From an uncultured Acidobacteriota bacterium (GTDB lineage: Bacteria; Acidobacteriota; Blastocatellia; RBC074): 64,000 bases of DNA. Below are positions 11,820-21,100 of this stretch, one piece after another. The notes under the pieces are model-generated. The model was not told where the DNA came from and searched no databases. It saw only the letters and a program-made list of their open reading frames with translations. Within the stretch, counting starts at the first letter, position 1. The number at the start of each line of letters is the position of its first letter. The stretch lies in NCBI GenBank assembly GCA_963796275.1, contig CAWCKY010000004.1, positions 512,001 to 576,000 on the forward strand. The letters are read 5' to 3'. The translations under genes were made by a program, and so were the position numbers.

Positions 11820-11835
11820 TGTCCAATATTGGACA
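11820..11835. promoter_or_regulatory. Putative Crp/Fnr-type operator, copy 4, upstream of carD
   Basis: Perfect TGTCCAATATTGGACA; minus-strand TATTAT at 11792-11797. Confidence 0.78.
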
Positions 11836-11882
11836 AGTTTTAAAAAGAATTATCGCGAAATCTCGAGAGGTATGCAGCCCCG

Positions 11883-12563
11883 CTAGGCGATCTGAGCCAG
11901 GTAGGCAGTGAGCTTCTTTTCTTTGATAATGAGAAAGCGGTCGGCGCTTGTTTCAATCAACCCGAGGTTGCGAAATCGCTGCATAAACTTACTGATCCTG
12001 GGCCTTGTGGTGCCAACCATCTCCGACAATTCTTCGTGCGAAATTCTGTGCTCGATGAGAACGCTGCGAGTGTCCTGCGTGCCGAATTTTCGGGCCAGTT
12101 GCAATAACGTCTTGCCCAGCCGCTGTTCGCTATCAACCGTCACCAGATTGGCGATGACCTGCTGTTGATCGGCAATGCGCACCGCCAGGTACTGCACAAA
12201 GCCCTCAAATAACAAATCGCGTTTTAAACGTGCAAAGAAGCTGGAACAAGGAATTTGTTTTAAGCTAGTCTCTTCCATGGCGGTCGCTGTTTCCAGACGT
12301 GAGCCCAATCCGGACAGGCACAGCTCGCCGAAAATATCTCCCACTGTGTGGATAGCCAGTAAACACTCTCTACCTTCCGGCGAAAGCATCAGCAGTTTGA
12401 TGTGTCCGCTTTCAATGAAGTAGACCATCTCGGCACTGTCTCCACAGGTATAGACGTGATCGTGTTTCGCGATGTTTATGGCGCGCGAATTGAGTGTCTC
12501 GTTCATCAACGAATCGCGCAATTGTTGTTTGAACTGTTCAGCTTGAGAAGTCTCTTGAATCAT
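11883..12563 (-). CDS. Crp/Fnr family transcriptional regulator
   Basis: GDIFGE cNMP-like domain; HTH ISHEELSEMVGTTRPRIS. Confidence 0.92.
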   Translation of the reverse strand: MIQETSQAEQFKQQLRDSLMNETLNSRAINIAKHDHVYTCGDSAEMVYFIESGHIKLLMLSPEGRECLLAIHTVGDIFGELCLSGLGSRLETATAMEETSLKQIPCSSFFARLKRDLLFEGFVQYLAVRIADQQQVIANLVTVDSEQRLGKTLLQLARKFGTQDTRSVLIEHRISHEELSEMVGTTRPRISKFMQRFRNLGLIETSADRFLIIKEKKLTAYLAQIA

Positions 12564-12665
12564 GATCGTGTCTTCTTTCGATGCCCCTTACCAGGCAAAA
12601 AGGGCGCCCGAGTCGAATCAGACCTGAGCGCATCTACACTATTCGCCTTAAGAGCAGGAGTGCAG

Positions 12666-12691
12666 CGAGAGGGCGCTTTTGCACCCTCTCG
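12666..12691 (-). terminator. GC-rich stem-loop downstream of the ABM gene
   Basis: cgagagggtgc-aaaa-gcgccctctcg on the minus strand; no clear U tract. Confidence 0.35.
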
Positions 12692-12711
12692 TAACGAGAT
12701 ACCGGTCTAGT

Positions 12712-13029
12712 TCAAGCTACTTGAGCAGCGATCTTGTGGAAGGTCGAACTGGTAACATCGTAGGTTTCTATTTTCGGATCTCCCTCTACTAAATTCGATA
12801 GGAGCTTCAGCACTTCCTGATACCCAGTGCGGCTGTAAGCCTCTGCATCCTCCTTTGTCTCCCAGAAACTGAGCGCTACGGCTTCCGAGCGTTCAGGAAT
12901 AACAAAGGTGACCTCATCACGGAATCCCTTCTGTCCGCGGAGAAGCGGAATAATATCGTTCTCGATAACGCGGCTAAACTCTACGGCGGAGTTTGCCCGG
13001 AGTTTTATTGTGACATGGCGTGAAAACAT
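12712..13029 (-). CDS. Antibiotic biosynthesis monooxygenase-like (dimeric alpha-beta barrel) protein
   Basis: 105 aa; QKGF...LSFWETKEDAEAY pattern; AAAGGAG SD. Confidence 0.75.
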   Translation of the reverse strand: MFSRHVTIKLRANSAVEFSRVIENDIIPLLRGQKGFRDEVTFVIPERSEAVALSFWETKEDAEAYSRTGYQEVLKLLSNLVEGDPKIETYDVTSSTFHKIAAQVA

Positions 13030-13048
13030 TGTTTGCTCCTTTGGAAGA

Positions 13049-13326
13049 TGAGCTGTTCGTTTCAGATAGTCTGGATGATTCCAGAGGAGCTGATGAAGAG
13101 AGTAAGCTAGGCTCGGTTCTTACTCATGCTGTGGCATGCGTACTGCTTTGTCAAGCTAAGGCGCCTCCGCCGATATTACTCGACTCTTACATCAGTATCA
13201 GACCATTGTACAAGTGCACTAGTTGACAAAGCCATATCCAAGCCGCATAGTGGTTGAGATCGAGTCTAGCTGACTCCTTCATCAGTCTCTCTGGAATTCC
13301 CCAGACCCTCTGATTTCCACAGCTCA
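13049..13326. other. Long imperfect fold-back element (about 110-bp arms), candidate structured RNA
   Basis: 13049-13164 is reverse-complementary to 13214-13326 in blocks tgagctgt, gtctgg, attccagag, ctgatgaag, agctag and gctttgtcaa. Confidence 0.75.
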
Positions 13327-13413
13327 CACTCAAATTCCTTTCACAGGTCCGGGCAGAGGACAGCACTGCCGTATATTGGTTTGAATAAAACAGAATAAGA
13401 CCGGGGGAGAGTC

Positions 13414-13656
13414 TTGATTGTCATACTGATAGACTTGGAGCAAGCATGCGAACGCCTGGCTGCCGGTGAGGATGCTTATGAGTATCAAACTGAAAACCAT
13501 GCGTTGAGAATTCTCGGGCCAGCCTGCGGCTTCGGGGCCGAGTACCTGCGGCGGCTGCGGACCGACGGGCTCTATGCAGAAAGTCTCGATGAGGCACAAG
13601 CGCAAGCCCAGGCCAGAAATGCAGTTCTCACCGGGGTCTGGTTTGTGAAGCGCTAG
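13414..13656 (+). CDS. Hypothetical protein
   Basis: 80 aa; TTG start after GGGGGAG; no family recognised. Confidence 0.45.
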   Translation: MIVILIDLEQACERLAAGEDAYEYQTENHALRILGPACGFGAEYLRRLRTDGLYAESLDEAQAQAQARNAVLTGVWFVKR

Positions 13657-13739
13657 CAGCGCGGCGGCCTGTCTAACTTACTCATCCACGATCTTACTCA
13701 TCCACGATGCGGGGCCCTACCTGAGTGAAGAGTAAAAAT

Positions 13740-14450
13740 ATGAGCGCGAATATATTCATAATTGAATGCGGCAGGTGCGGTGAAACGAGATTGGAGACGC
13801 TGGCGGAAGGCGAGGCCATGGCCCTTGGCGGCGACATCGATTCCCTCTCACGCTATTGCGCGCAATGCGGCAGCACGACGGGCTGGTTGACGTGGCAACG
13901 GAAATTAAATGATGAGTTGTCAAATCCGCCAACTCACGAGGGTGTCCGCCGAATCGCCGCGCGGCCAGTTCCTGCCGGGCAAGAGCGGCTGGCAAGCCGA
14001 TCGGAACTCGATGCTATCAATGAGATACTACAACAGCGCAAGGCCGCGCGCCCCGTCAGAGCTGATGAACGGAGCTGTCCGTCTCCTTATCAGGAATCGA
14101 GCGAAGCTGGCGACAGTCCGGTTTGGAATGGGGGAGTCATAAACCGATTCCTCCTCTGCACGATAGTCTGGAGCGTAGCGCGGGAGATCAAGGCGAAGGG
14201 GGAGACGAGCGGTGAGAGATTGCCGATGCAGCGAATTGCCCGGGAAGTGTTGTGCTCTTACCTGCAGGAGTGGGCGCCGTCTGAGCGATACCTGTTGGAG
14301 GAGGAGGCATTAGAAGACGCGATCAAAAGGCGTTTATTTGAGCTATTCGAACAGTCCCGTATGCAGTATGCCGAGGAGCGCCTATTCGACATCGACAGTT
14401 TGGTCGCAGCCGAACAAACAAAGCGCAGATACCGGAATGTCAAACCTTAA
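13740..14450 (+). CDS. Hypothetical protein with N-terminal zinc ribbon
   Basis: CGRC...CAQC pairs followed by a helical C-terminal region. Confidence 0.55.
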   Translation: MSANIFIIECGRCGETRLETLAEGEAMALGGDIDSLSRYCAQCGSTTGWLTWQRKLNDELSNPPTHEGVRRIAARPVPAGQERLASRSELDAINEILQQRKAARPVRADERSCPSPYQESSEAGDSPVWNGGVINRFLLCTIVWSVAREIKAKGETSGERLPMQRIAREVLCSYLQEWAPSERYLLEEEALEDAIKRRLFELFEQSRMQYAEERLFDIDSLVAAEQTKRRYRNVKP

Positions 14451-14519
14451 CTGAATCCTACCAATCACATCACTGAGAATCACGAACGCTGCAAGGCGCT
14501 GTGCGAACGGCGATAGCGG

Positions 14520-14726
14520 TCAACAGCGCTCTGACTTATTCACCAGGTACTCCCATAGCGCCCAAGCTTCCCTCCCCTTCAGCACATGCTCAAAAAGCTG
14601 GTTGTCCGGATGAGTAGATATAACACAGAAAAACAACGTCAGTATCTGGTCATCTTTCACCTTGATAAACTCTGCTTTGACGATATGGGACTCGTTAATG
14701 ATTAGATTCTCGTTGATTCTCACCAT
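14520..14726 (-). CDS. Small hypothetical protein
   Basis: 68 aa; AAGGA SD; co-oriented after 14748..15104. Confidence 0.5.
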   Translation of the reverse strand: MVRINENLIINESHIVKAEFIKVKDDQILTLFFCVISTHPDNQLFEHVLKGREAWALWEYLVNKSERC

Positions 14727-14747
14727 CGAACTGATTCCTTGGCAATT

Positions 14748-15104
14748 TTATATGCGAGCGCGCGCATGGATGAGCCGGCGAACCCGATCCGAAAAGAGTA
14801 CGTCGATCTTTTGCGGCTCGATCACCGCCGTCACTTCGCCCAGGCCGAAGGTCGGGTGCATCATGGTCTGCCCTTTGCGATAAGTGCGCGTCCAGTCATA
14901 AGGTGGACTGTTGGGAGGCAGAGAGCGCTTATTCTTTACGCTCTTGCCGCTCTTAAATGCCGTGTGCGTGTCGCATTGAGGGCAGCGCACTCTGGAAATC
15001 TGACCTTGTTTGTTGAGCAACGCGACTATATGTCCACGCTCCTCATTACAAACCGCACATAGCTTATCCACTCGATCACCAACCGCGTATTGATATTTTT
15101 CCAT
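14748..15104 (-). CDS. Zinc ribbon plus PcrA/UvrD-CTD-like (Tudor) domain protein
   Basis: CAVC...CPQC and C-terminal YRKGQTMMHPTFGLGEV...IDVLF. Confidence 0.7.
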   Translation of the reverse strand: MEKYQYAVGDRVDKLCAVCNEERGHIVALLNKQGQISRVRCPQCDTHTAFKSGKSVKNKRSLPPNSPPYDWTRTYRKGQTMMHPTFGLGEVTAVIEPQKIDVLFSDRVRRLIHARARI

Positions 15105-15139
15105 AACACTTTCTTCCTTTCTGTGACCCTCATCACTGT

Positions 15140-16360
15140 TTATCTGTTTGTCCGGCGCGACCGAAAGGAGCGATTCCCCCCGCTGCGATTGCCTCCGAAA
15201 GTTTTGAACGTTTTTGCGGAAATTTGCAGAGAAGTACCATGACCGCCAAACCCGGGGAGGAGAACGCGCTCAATCACCTGCCCCGTAAAACGCTCAATGG
15301 CGCTCATTGATAACTCATCGATACTCGTTATCAGAGTAACGGCGCGGCCGGGTTTGCCGGCGCGGCCAGTGCGCCCGATGCGATGGATGTAATCCTCAGG
15401 CGCTTCAGGCACATCGTAATTGATCACGTGTGAGACAGCATCAACATCGATCCCACGCGACGCTATGTCCGTAGCGATCAGTACGCGGTAGCGCCCTTCC
15501 TTGAAGCCGCGCAGCGCCGCTTCACGTTGCGACTGAGTGCGGTCGGCATGAATTCGATCAACTCGATGCTCCCGGGCGGCGAGAATATGCGAGAGACGCT
15601 CGGCCCCGCGTCGGGTGCGCGTAAAAACCAGCACTCGCGTGTAATGTTCCCGTTCGAGTAGATGTAGCAGGAGCGCCGTCTTCGATTCCATCGCGACTGG
15701 ATAGACGCTCTGATCGACCGTCTCGGCGGCTCGCCCGCGCGGACCCACTTCGATGATCTTCGGTTGCCGCATGGTCGAACGCGCAATCTTCTCGATAGAA
15801 GGCGACATCGTCGCCGAGAAGAGCAGTGATTGCCGCCGCGCCGGCAGCTTGGCGATAACTTCATTAATGGCCGGCCAGAATCCCATATCCAGCATGCGGT
15901 CCGCCTCATCGATGACGAACATCTCAACCTGTGACAGGTCGATGGAGCCGCGCTCAATGTGATCGAGCAGACGTCCCGGAGTCGCAATTACGACCGGCGT
16001 CGCACGACGTAGACTTTCCAGCTGTCGCCTGATAGTTGCGCCGCCGATCAGAGTAGCTGAGCGCACGCGCCCTTTCGTCTCTAAAGCGTGCAGGTTCGTC
16101 GTTAGCTGAGAGGCAAGCTCACGCGTCGGGGCGAGAATAAGCACACGCACACCATCGCCGGGAGCATTATAAATTCTTTGGATTATGGGGAGCAGGAAAG
16201 CGGCCGTCTTGCCGGTGCCGGTTTCGGCACAACCAATCAAATCAGAACCGCTTAGAATAAAGGGGATGGCCTGTCTTTGAATCTGGGTCGGTTCGGTATA
16301 TCCGAGAGCTTCACACGCGCGCACTAGTGTCGGATGTAGCCCCAGTTTAGAAAAATTCAT
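15140..16360 (-). CDS. rhlE: DEAD-box RNA helicase (RhlE-like)
   Basis: AETGTGKT, PTRELA, TPGRL, DEAD, SAT and HRIGRTGR motifs. Confidence 0.92.
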   Translation of the reverse strand: MNFSKLGLHPTLVRACEALGYTEPTQIQRQAIPFILSGSDLIGCAETGTGKTAAFLLPIIQRIYNAPGDGVRVLILAPTRELASQLTTNLHALETKGRVRSATLIGGATIRRQLESLRRATPVVIATPGRLLDHIERGSIDLSQVEMFVIDEADRMLDMGFWPAINEVIAKLPARRQSLLFSATMSPSIEKIARSTMRQPKIIEVGPRGRAAETVDQSVYPVAMESKTALLLHLLEREHYTRVLVFTRTRRGAERLSHILAAREHRVDRIHADRTQSQREAALRGFKEGRYRVLIATDIASRGIDVDAVSHVINYDVPEAPEDYIHRIGRTGRAGKPGRAVTLITSIDELSMSAIERFTGQVIERVLLPGFGGHGTSLQISAKTFKTFGGNRSGGNRSFRSRRTNR

Positions 16361-16650
16361 GAAATTCCTTTTTGTGCGACTCCAAGTTGAATCTCTGAAA
16401 GGCGAGGTTGCCCACATAATGTATCATAGACATGTATTTGTACCTTTCCTCTATGGAGTGTTAAGAGAAGCTTCGTATTAGAGTGTGACTTCGGTGAATG
16501 GTAGCAGCGAAGGCTTGGATGCCCTAATGAGCAGCTTCTGAAGTTGGTATAAGCCTGCTCTCGAATAATCCATTATGCCGCTAGCGTTTAGAGGCAGAAG
16601 CGTATCACTCTTGATACGCAAGAGAGAAGGAATAACACGATAATAATGCA

Positions 16651-16850
16651 CTACTTATTGGATGATTGCAATGGGTCGCCTTCGGCGAGCATCTCCGGGA
16701 ACTTCTTCACATCCTGCGAACGATCGATGTCAGCTCCCAGCAATGCATCCGGCGTATCAACGACAACAAAACCCTCCACGCCAAGCAGAGCAGGCCGGCG
16801 CTCCTCGGACGAATAGACGAGATTGCGCTTCGAAGCTATAACGCCGATTT
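16651..16850 (-). pseudogene. Orphan 3' fragment of mannose-1-phosphate guanylyltransferase
   Basis: Minus strand reads [47 protein letters not shown], matching the C-terminus of 18898..19953. Confidence 0.85.
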
Positions 16851-17417
16851 CGCGAATCTCGGCCTGAAAGGCGCTCGTCTTTTACTCACGCTGAACGAAG
16901 AGAAGAATGCGCCGACAGTATCGCTAAAGTAATAGAAAGAAGATTTGCCGCGAATAACAACGGGAATCAGAAAGCACGAAGATGAATCTCGATAGAACAT
17001 TCTCAAGCAAGAAGTGTCGCCTATCTCATCCTGAAAGGTAAAAGGTAAAAAGGTAAAACCTCTCCTTCAGCCATCTTGATTGCACGCATTTTAAATAGTC
17101 AGGGATTGTTGTGTATCTGTGTCAAAACGGGTAGACCAAACTTTTTCGCACGAACAGTAATATGGCGTTTTTTTCGACAACTTCTTTTCATGAGACTCAA
17201 CGGTTGAGTCTTCAATCTTTATCCTCCAAATACCACTTGAGCAGGAGTTTATATACGGCCTCTCAACATTCTTTTTAGCCCCGATTAGCTGTTTCAAAGG
17301 GCTGTTCCAAACCGGCATCGATCTGTTGCTAACTAAACTGCCCGACATGCCCCGCTTCATAAACTAAAGATAGCGCACTAAAGGCTACAGAAATCTAAAT
17401 ATAAAGGAAACACGATT

Positions 17418-18393
17418 ATGAAAAAAAAGTTGACATCCATCGTATCCATACTAGTCTTGCTGGCATTATTCGCCGTATTCCTTATCGGAACACCAAATGT
17501 ACAGCAGGTTGGTAGTGCACAATCCGTCACGCTACCGAACAGAAATATTTACGCATTGACAAGCGACAATACCATCTACGTCCTACAACCCGGGGCGTCC
17601 GAATATATCAGGGTAGGTCGGGTAACCGGAATTCGCGGCGAGGCATTGATCGGAATCGATTTTCGTCCCGCTGATCGAACGCCCAACATCGTCTATGGTT
17701 TAACGGACAGGGGTAGTATCTACCGAATCGACGTGTCGTTTGCTAGTTTTGGCGTAGTTGAACTGGTGAGTACCACCAACCCGCGCTTTGCCGGAGGATT
17801 TCAGTCATTGATGGACTACAATCCCGTAGCCAATGCTCTGCGTATTGTCGGCAGCAATGATCAAAACTTTGCGGTGGTAAATTCAGCAGATGGTACTAAT
17901 CTGGGAACCACTGCGGTTCAAACCTCCCTGGTTTACACAGCAGGTGATGTTAATCAAGGTACTAACCCGGAAATAGCTGCCGGGGCCTACAATAATAATT
18001 TCGTTGGCGCTGCTATTACACGGTTCTTTATGATCGATCACAATCTGGATACGTTCGTGACGATCTTTGACGAGGTTGCTACAGGCAGTTCGAACACGGG
18101 TGGCGGCCAGTTACAAACGATTGGCCCGATTGTTAACGCTAACGGCGCTCAGATTAATTTAACCCCTGACACCGATTTCGATATATTCACCAATAACGCC
18201 GGTGTCAATTTTCTAGTGGGTCAAACCGCACGTCAGCTCTTCACGATCGATCTATCACAGGTCAACCCGGTATCTCCCGTTGGGAACCACGCAAAATGTC
18301 GTCGTATCCCGAGTGAATTCGGTGCCTCAGCCGTTCTTCGACGCCCCAGTCACCGGAAATATTTTCGATATAGCAATTCCACCCAGGCTATAA
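17418..18393 (+). CDS. Secreted DUF4394-domain protein with an apparent +1 frameshift near 18270
   Basis: Signal peptide; LIGIDFRPA, DYNPVANALRIV and AAGAYNNNF motifs; alternative frame gives a natural end GNIFDIAIPPRL* at 18393. Confidence 0.75.
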
Positions 18394-18757
18394 CTCGTTA
18401 CACCATAATTAACATCTCGAGGTGCACAAAACCTCAGATTATCATGCCGGGACGTATTCAGTTAAAGAGGGTGTAAACTAACTGCGTTTTCACAGTATTG
18501 GTAGGTGGAAACAAAAATATGTCCCGGCATGAGCTATAGTGCCTGTAATCACGGAAGATATTTGACACTCACATAGGCGAAGCACTGGGTATGCTCGTGA
18601 TATAGGTTGGAGGCCATGAAATGGGCGACAGAGTTTGGGATCAACGCCTACGTTTGTGAAAAGCTGATTATCTTAAGATCAATAGTAGCGTTAGTATAAC
18701 TTTGCGTCTCCAGGATTATAGTTAGGTGGCACAATCACTATCCTGCGCTCGAAATAC

Positions 18758-18888
18758 AGGGTGAAGCGCAGCTCCTGGTACGCATTAATAAAAAGCGCAA
18801 GCCCTGAAAGAGTGTAACAGTGAGCGGTTGCACCTCTACAGGGCTTTATTATTCGCTTACCACCAGGGGCTGCGCTGCGCTTCACCGC
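18758..18888. repeat. Nested palindromic REP/MITE-like element
   Basis: ggtgaagcgcagc...cctggt / agccctgaaag...tacagggct / accagg...gctgcgcttcacc inverted pairs. Confidence 0.6.
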
Positions 18889-18897
18889 GATTTTTAT

Positions 18898-19953
18898 CTA
18901 TTGTCTAGATTTAAGAATTTCCGTAAACTTCTTTACATCCTGCGAACGATTGATGTCAGCAACCAGCAATGCATCGGGCGTATCGACGATAACTAATCCC
19001 TCCACACCGAGCAAAGCGACTTTGCGCTCCGTGTTCGAATAGACGAGATTGCGTTGCGAATCCACGGCCATCATTTCCCCGAGCTGTAGATTCCCTTCTT
19101 CGTCATATTCGTTGTGGCGGAGCTCATATAATGCCTGCCAGCTCCCGACATCGCTCCATCCGAAATCAGCTTTGATAACATAGATGGGTCTGGCCGTTTT
19201 TTCCATCACACCATAATCGATCGATACCGATGGTAATTTTGCGTAAACGCGCTCAACGACCGCTTCGTAGCCGGGTAGATCGATGGCCTTTTCTATCTCC
19301 TTGAGCCCCTGATAGAGATCGGGCATACAAATTTCCAATTCGGAGAGGATCGTCCGCGGCGTGAAAACAAATATCCCGCTATTCCAAAGGAAATTGCCGC
19401 TCGCTAAGTATCGCAACGCTGTTTCATAATTCGGCTTCTCGACGAACCGCTCAACGTCGAAATATGAGCGCGATCGGCCACTGTTTTCAACGGTCTGAAT
19501 ATAACCGTATCCGGTCTCCGGCCTCGTCGGCGTAATCCCGAGAGTGATAACTGCACCTTGCCTAGCGAGCTCCGCCGCGGCGCGAATTGTATCGGCGAAT
19601 TTTTCATCATCGGCAATGAAATGGTCGGCCGGCAATACGACGACTGGCTCGTCTTCTGTAAATTGGCTGATATGCAGCGCCGCAAGCCCGATGCATGCGG
19701 CCGTATTTCTCCCGACCGGCTCCGCCAGAATTTTGATCGATGCGCCACCGAGCAGCTGCCCGGTAATCCCGGAATGAGCGCGACCGACTACTGTATATAT
19801 TCGATCTGTACTAGCGAAATGATGCACTCGTTGAACGGTCTCCTCGAGCATCGTCTTATCGCTGGTGATCTTCAAAAACTGTTTCGGTAGGTCTTCGCTG
19901 CTTGCCGGCCAGAACCTCGTCCCCGAACCGCCCGCCATTATTACTGCAAACAT
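18898..19953 (-). CDS. manC: Mannose-1-phosphate guanylyltransferase
   Basis: [11 protein letters not shown]...[25 protein letters not shown] and WSDVGSW motifs. Confidence 0.95.
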   Translation of the reverse strand: MFAVIMAGGSGTRFWPASSEDLPKQFLKITSDKTMLEETVQRVHHFASTDRIYTVVGRAHSGITGQLLGGASIKILAEPVGRNTAACIGLAALHISQFTEDEPVVVLPADHFIADDEKFADTIRAAAELARQGAVITLGITPTRPETGYGYIQTVENSGRSRSYFDVERFVEKPNYETALRYLASGNFLWNSGIFVFTPRTILSELEICMPDLYQGLKEIEKAIDLPGYEAVVERVYAKLPSVSIDYGVMEKTARPIYVIKADFGWSDVGSWQALYELRHNEYDEEGNLQLGEMMAVDSQRNLVYSNTERKVALLGVEGLVIVDTPDALLVADINRSQDVKKFTEILKSRQ

Positions 19954-20000
19954 ATTTGTGTCTTTACTGTACTTGTATGATTTTTGTTGAAGCTTCTTGT

Positions 20001-21008
20001 TTAGATATTGATAACAATTTTCCCAAAGTGCGAGCCGCTCTCCATATATTTCAAGGCCTCGCGCGCTTCTGCAAACGGGAAAGTTCTATCAATCACGGGT
20101 TTCAGTCCATTGGCTGTTATGGCGCGGTTCATCTCCTCAAACATCTGGCGTGAACCGACCATGATGCCCTGCAGTCGTATGCCTTTCATCAGGACCCTCA
20201 CGTGGTCTAAACCGCCGCCGCTTGCCAGAACGCCGATGACATAAACTATTCCCTCCGTCCGCGCGGCATTAACCGATTTCGGGAGTGTGCCGGCGCCACC
20301 TACTTCAATCACATGATCGACTCCGGTGCCGCCAGTCAGGCGCGCAACCTCTTTATCCCAATCAGGCGTTTTCTTGTAATTTATTGTCTCGTCCGCGCCG
20401 AGTTTACGGACGCGCGCGAGCTTCTCGTCGCTGCTGGATGTAGCGATCACCCGGGCGCCGTGCATTTTTGCGATCTGGACGGCGAAGATCGAAACGCCGC
20501 CTGTCCCCAGAGTCAAAACCGTTTCGCCCGCCTTCAATTTCCCCATCTCGATCAGGGCATTCCACGCCGTCACCGCGGCACACGGCAGGGTAGATGCCTC
20601 CTCGAATGAAAGATGATCGGGGATGCGGACCAGGCCGTTTTCGTTGAATGCGCCAAACTCGCGCAAAACTCCATCGAGGTCTCCGCCTCCCAGAGCTGTC
20701 CGATCCTTCTGCTGCGTGCGTCGCCCTTCGATCCAGGCCTGGGTGAAGATCGGGCAGACGCGGTCCCCCACCTTCCATCTCGTAACATTGTCACCGATCG
20801 CGATAACCTCGCCCGCCCCATCCGAACACGGGACCGCTGGGAAACGCGAGCTCGGGTTATAAACTCCTTTGGCGAACAACAGGTCGCGAAAGTTTAAAGA
20901 TACTGCTCGAAATTTTACGACGACTTCAAACGCAGACGCTCGTGGCGTGTCGCGCTCGACCAGCGCCAGATTTTCCAAACCGAATTTTTGATATTCGTAA
21001 ACTTTCAT
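20001..21008 (-). CDS. NAD(P)-dependent alcohol dehydrogenase / quinone oxidoreductase (MDR family)
   Basis: [28 protein letters not shown] and HFGKIVI motifs. Confidence 0.92.
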   Translation of the reverse strand: MKVYEYQKFGLENLALVERDTPRASAFEVVVKFRAVSLNFRDLLFAKGVYNPSSRFPAVPCSDGAGEVIAIGDNVTRWKVGDRVCPIFTQAWIEGRRTQQKDRTALGGGDLDGVLREFGAFNENGLVRIPDHLSFEEASTLPCAAVTAWNALIEMGKLKAGETVLTLGTGGVSIFAVQIAKMHGARVIATSSSDEKLARVRKLGADETINYKKTPDWDKEVARLTGGTGVDHVIEVGGAGTLPKSVNAARTEGIVYVIGVLASGGGLDHVRVLMKGIRLQGIMVGSRQMFEEMNRAITANGLKPVIDRTFPFAEAREALKYMESGSHFGKIVINI

Positions 21009-21100
21009 AATTCCTCCTGATCAATATGGGCAACCCGAATCATATCCGCAGTCTATCACTCATAACAATTAGTGAACCAATGTTCCTCAGAAAATTGTTG

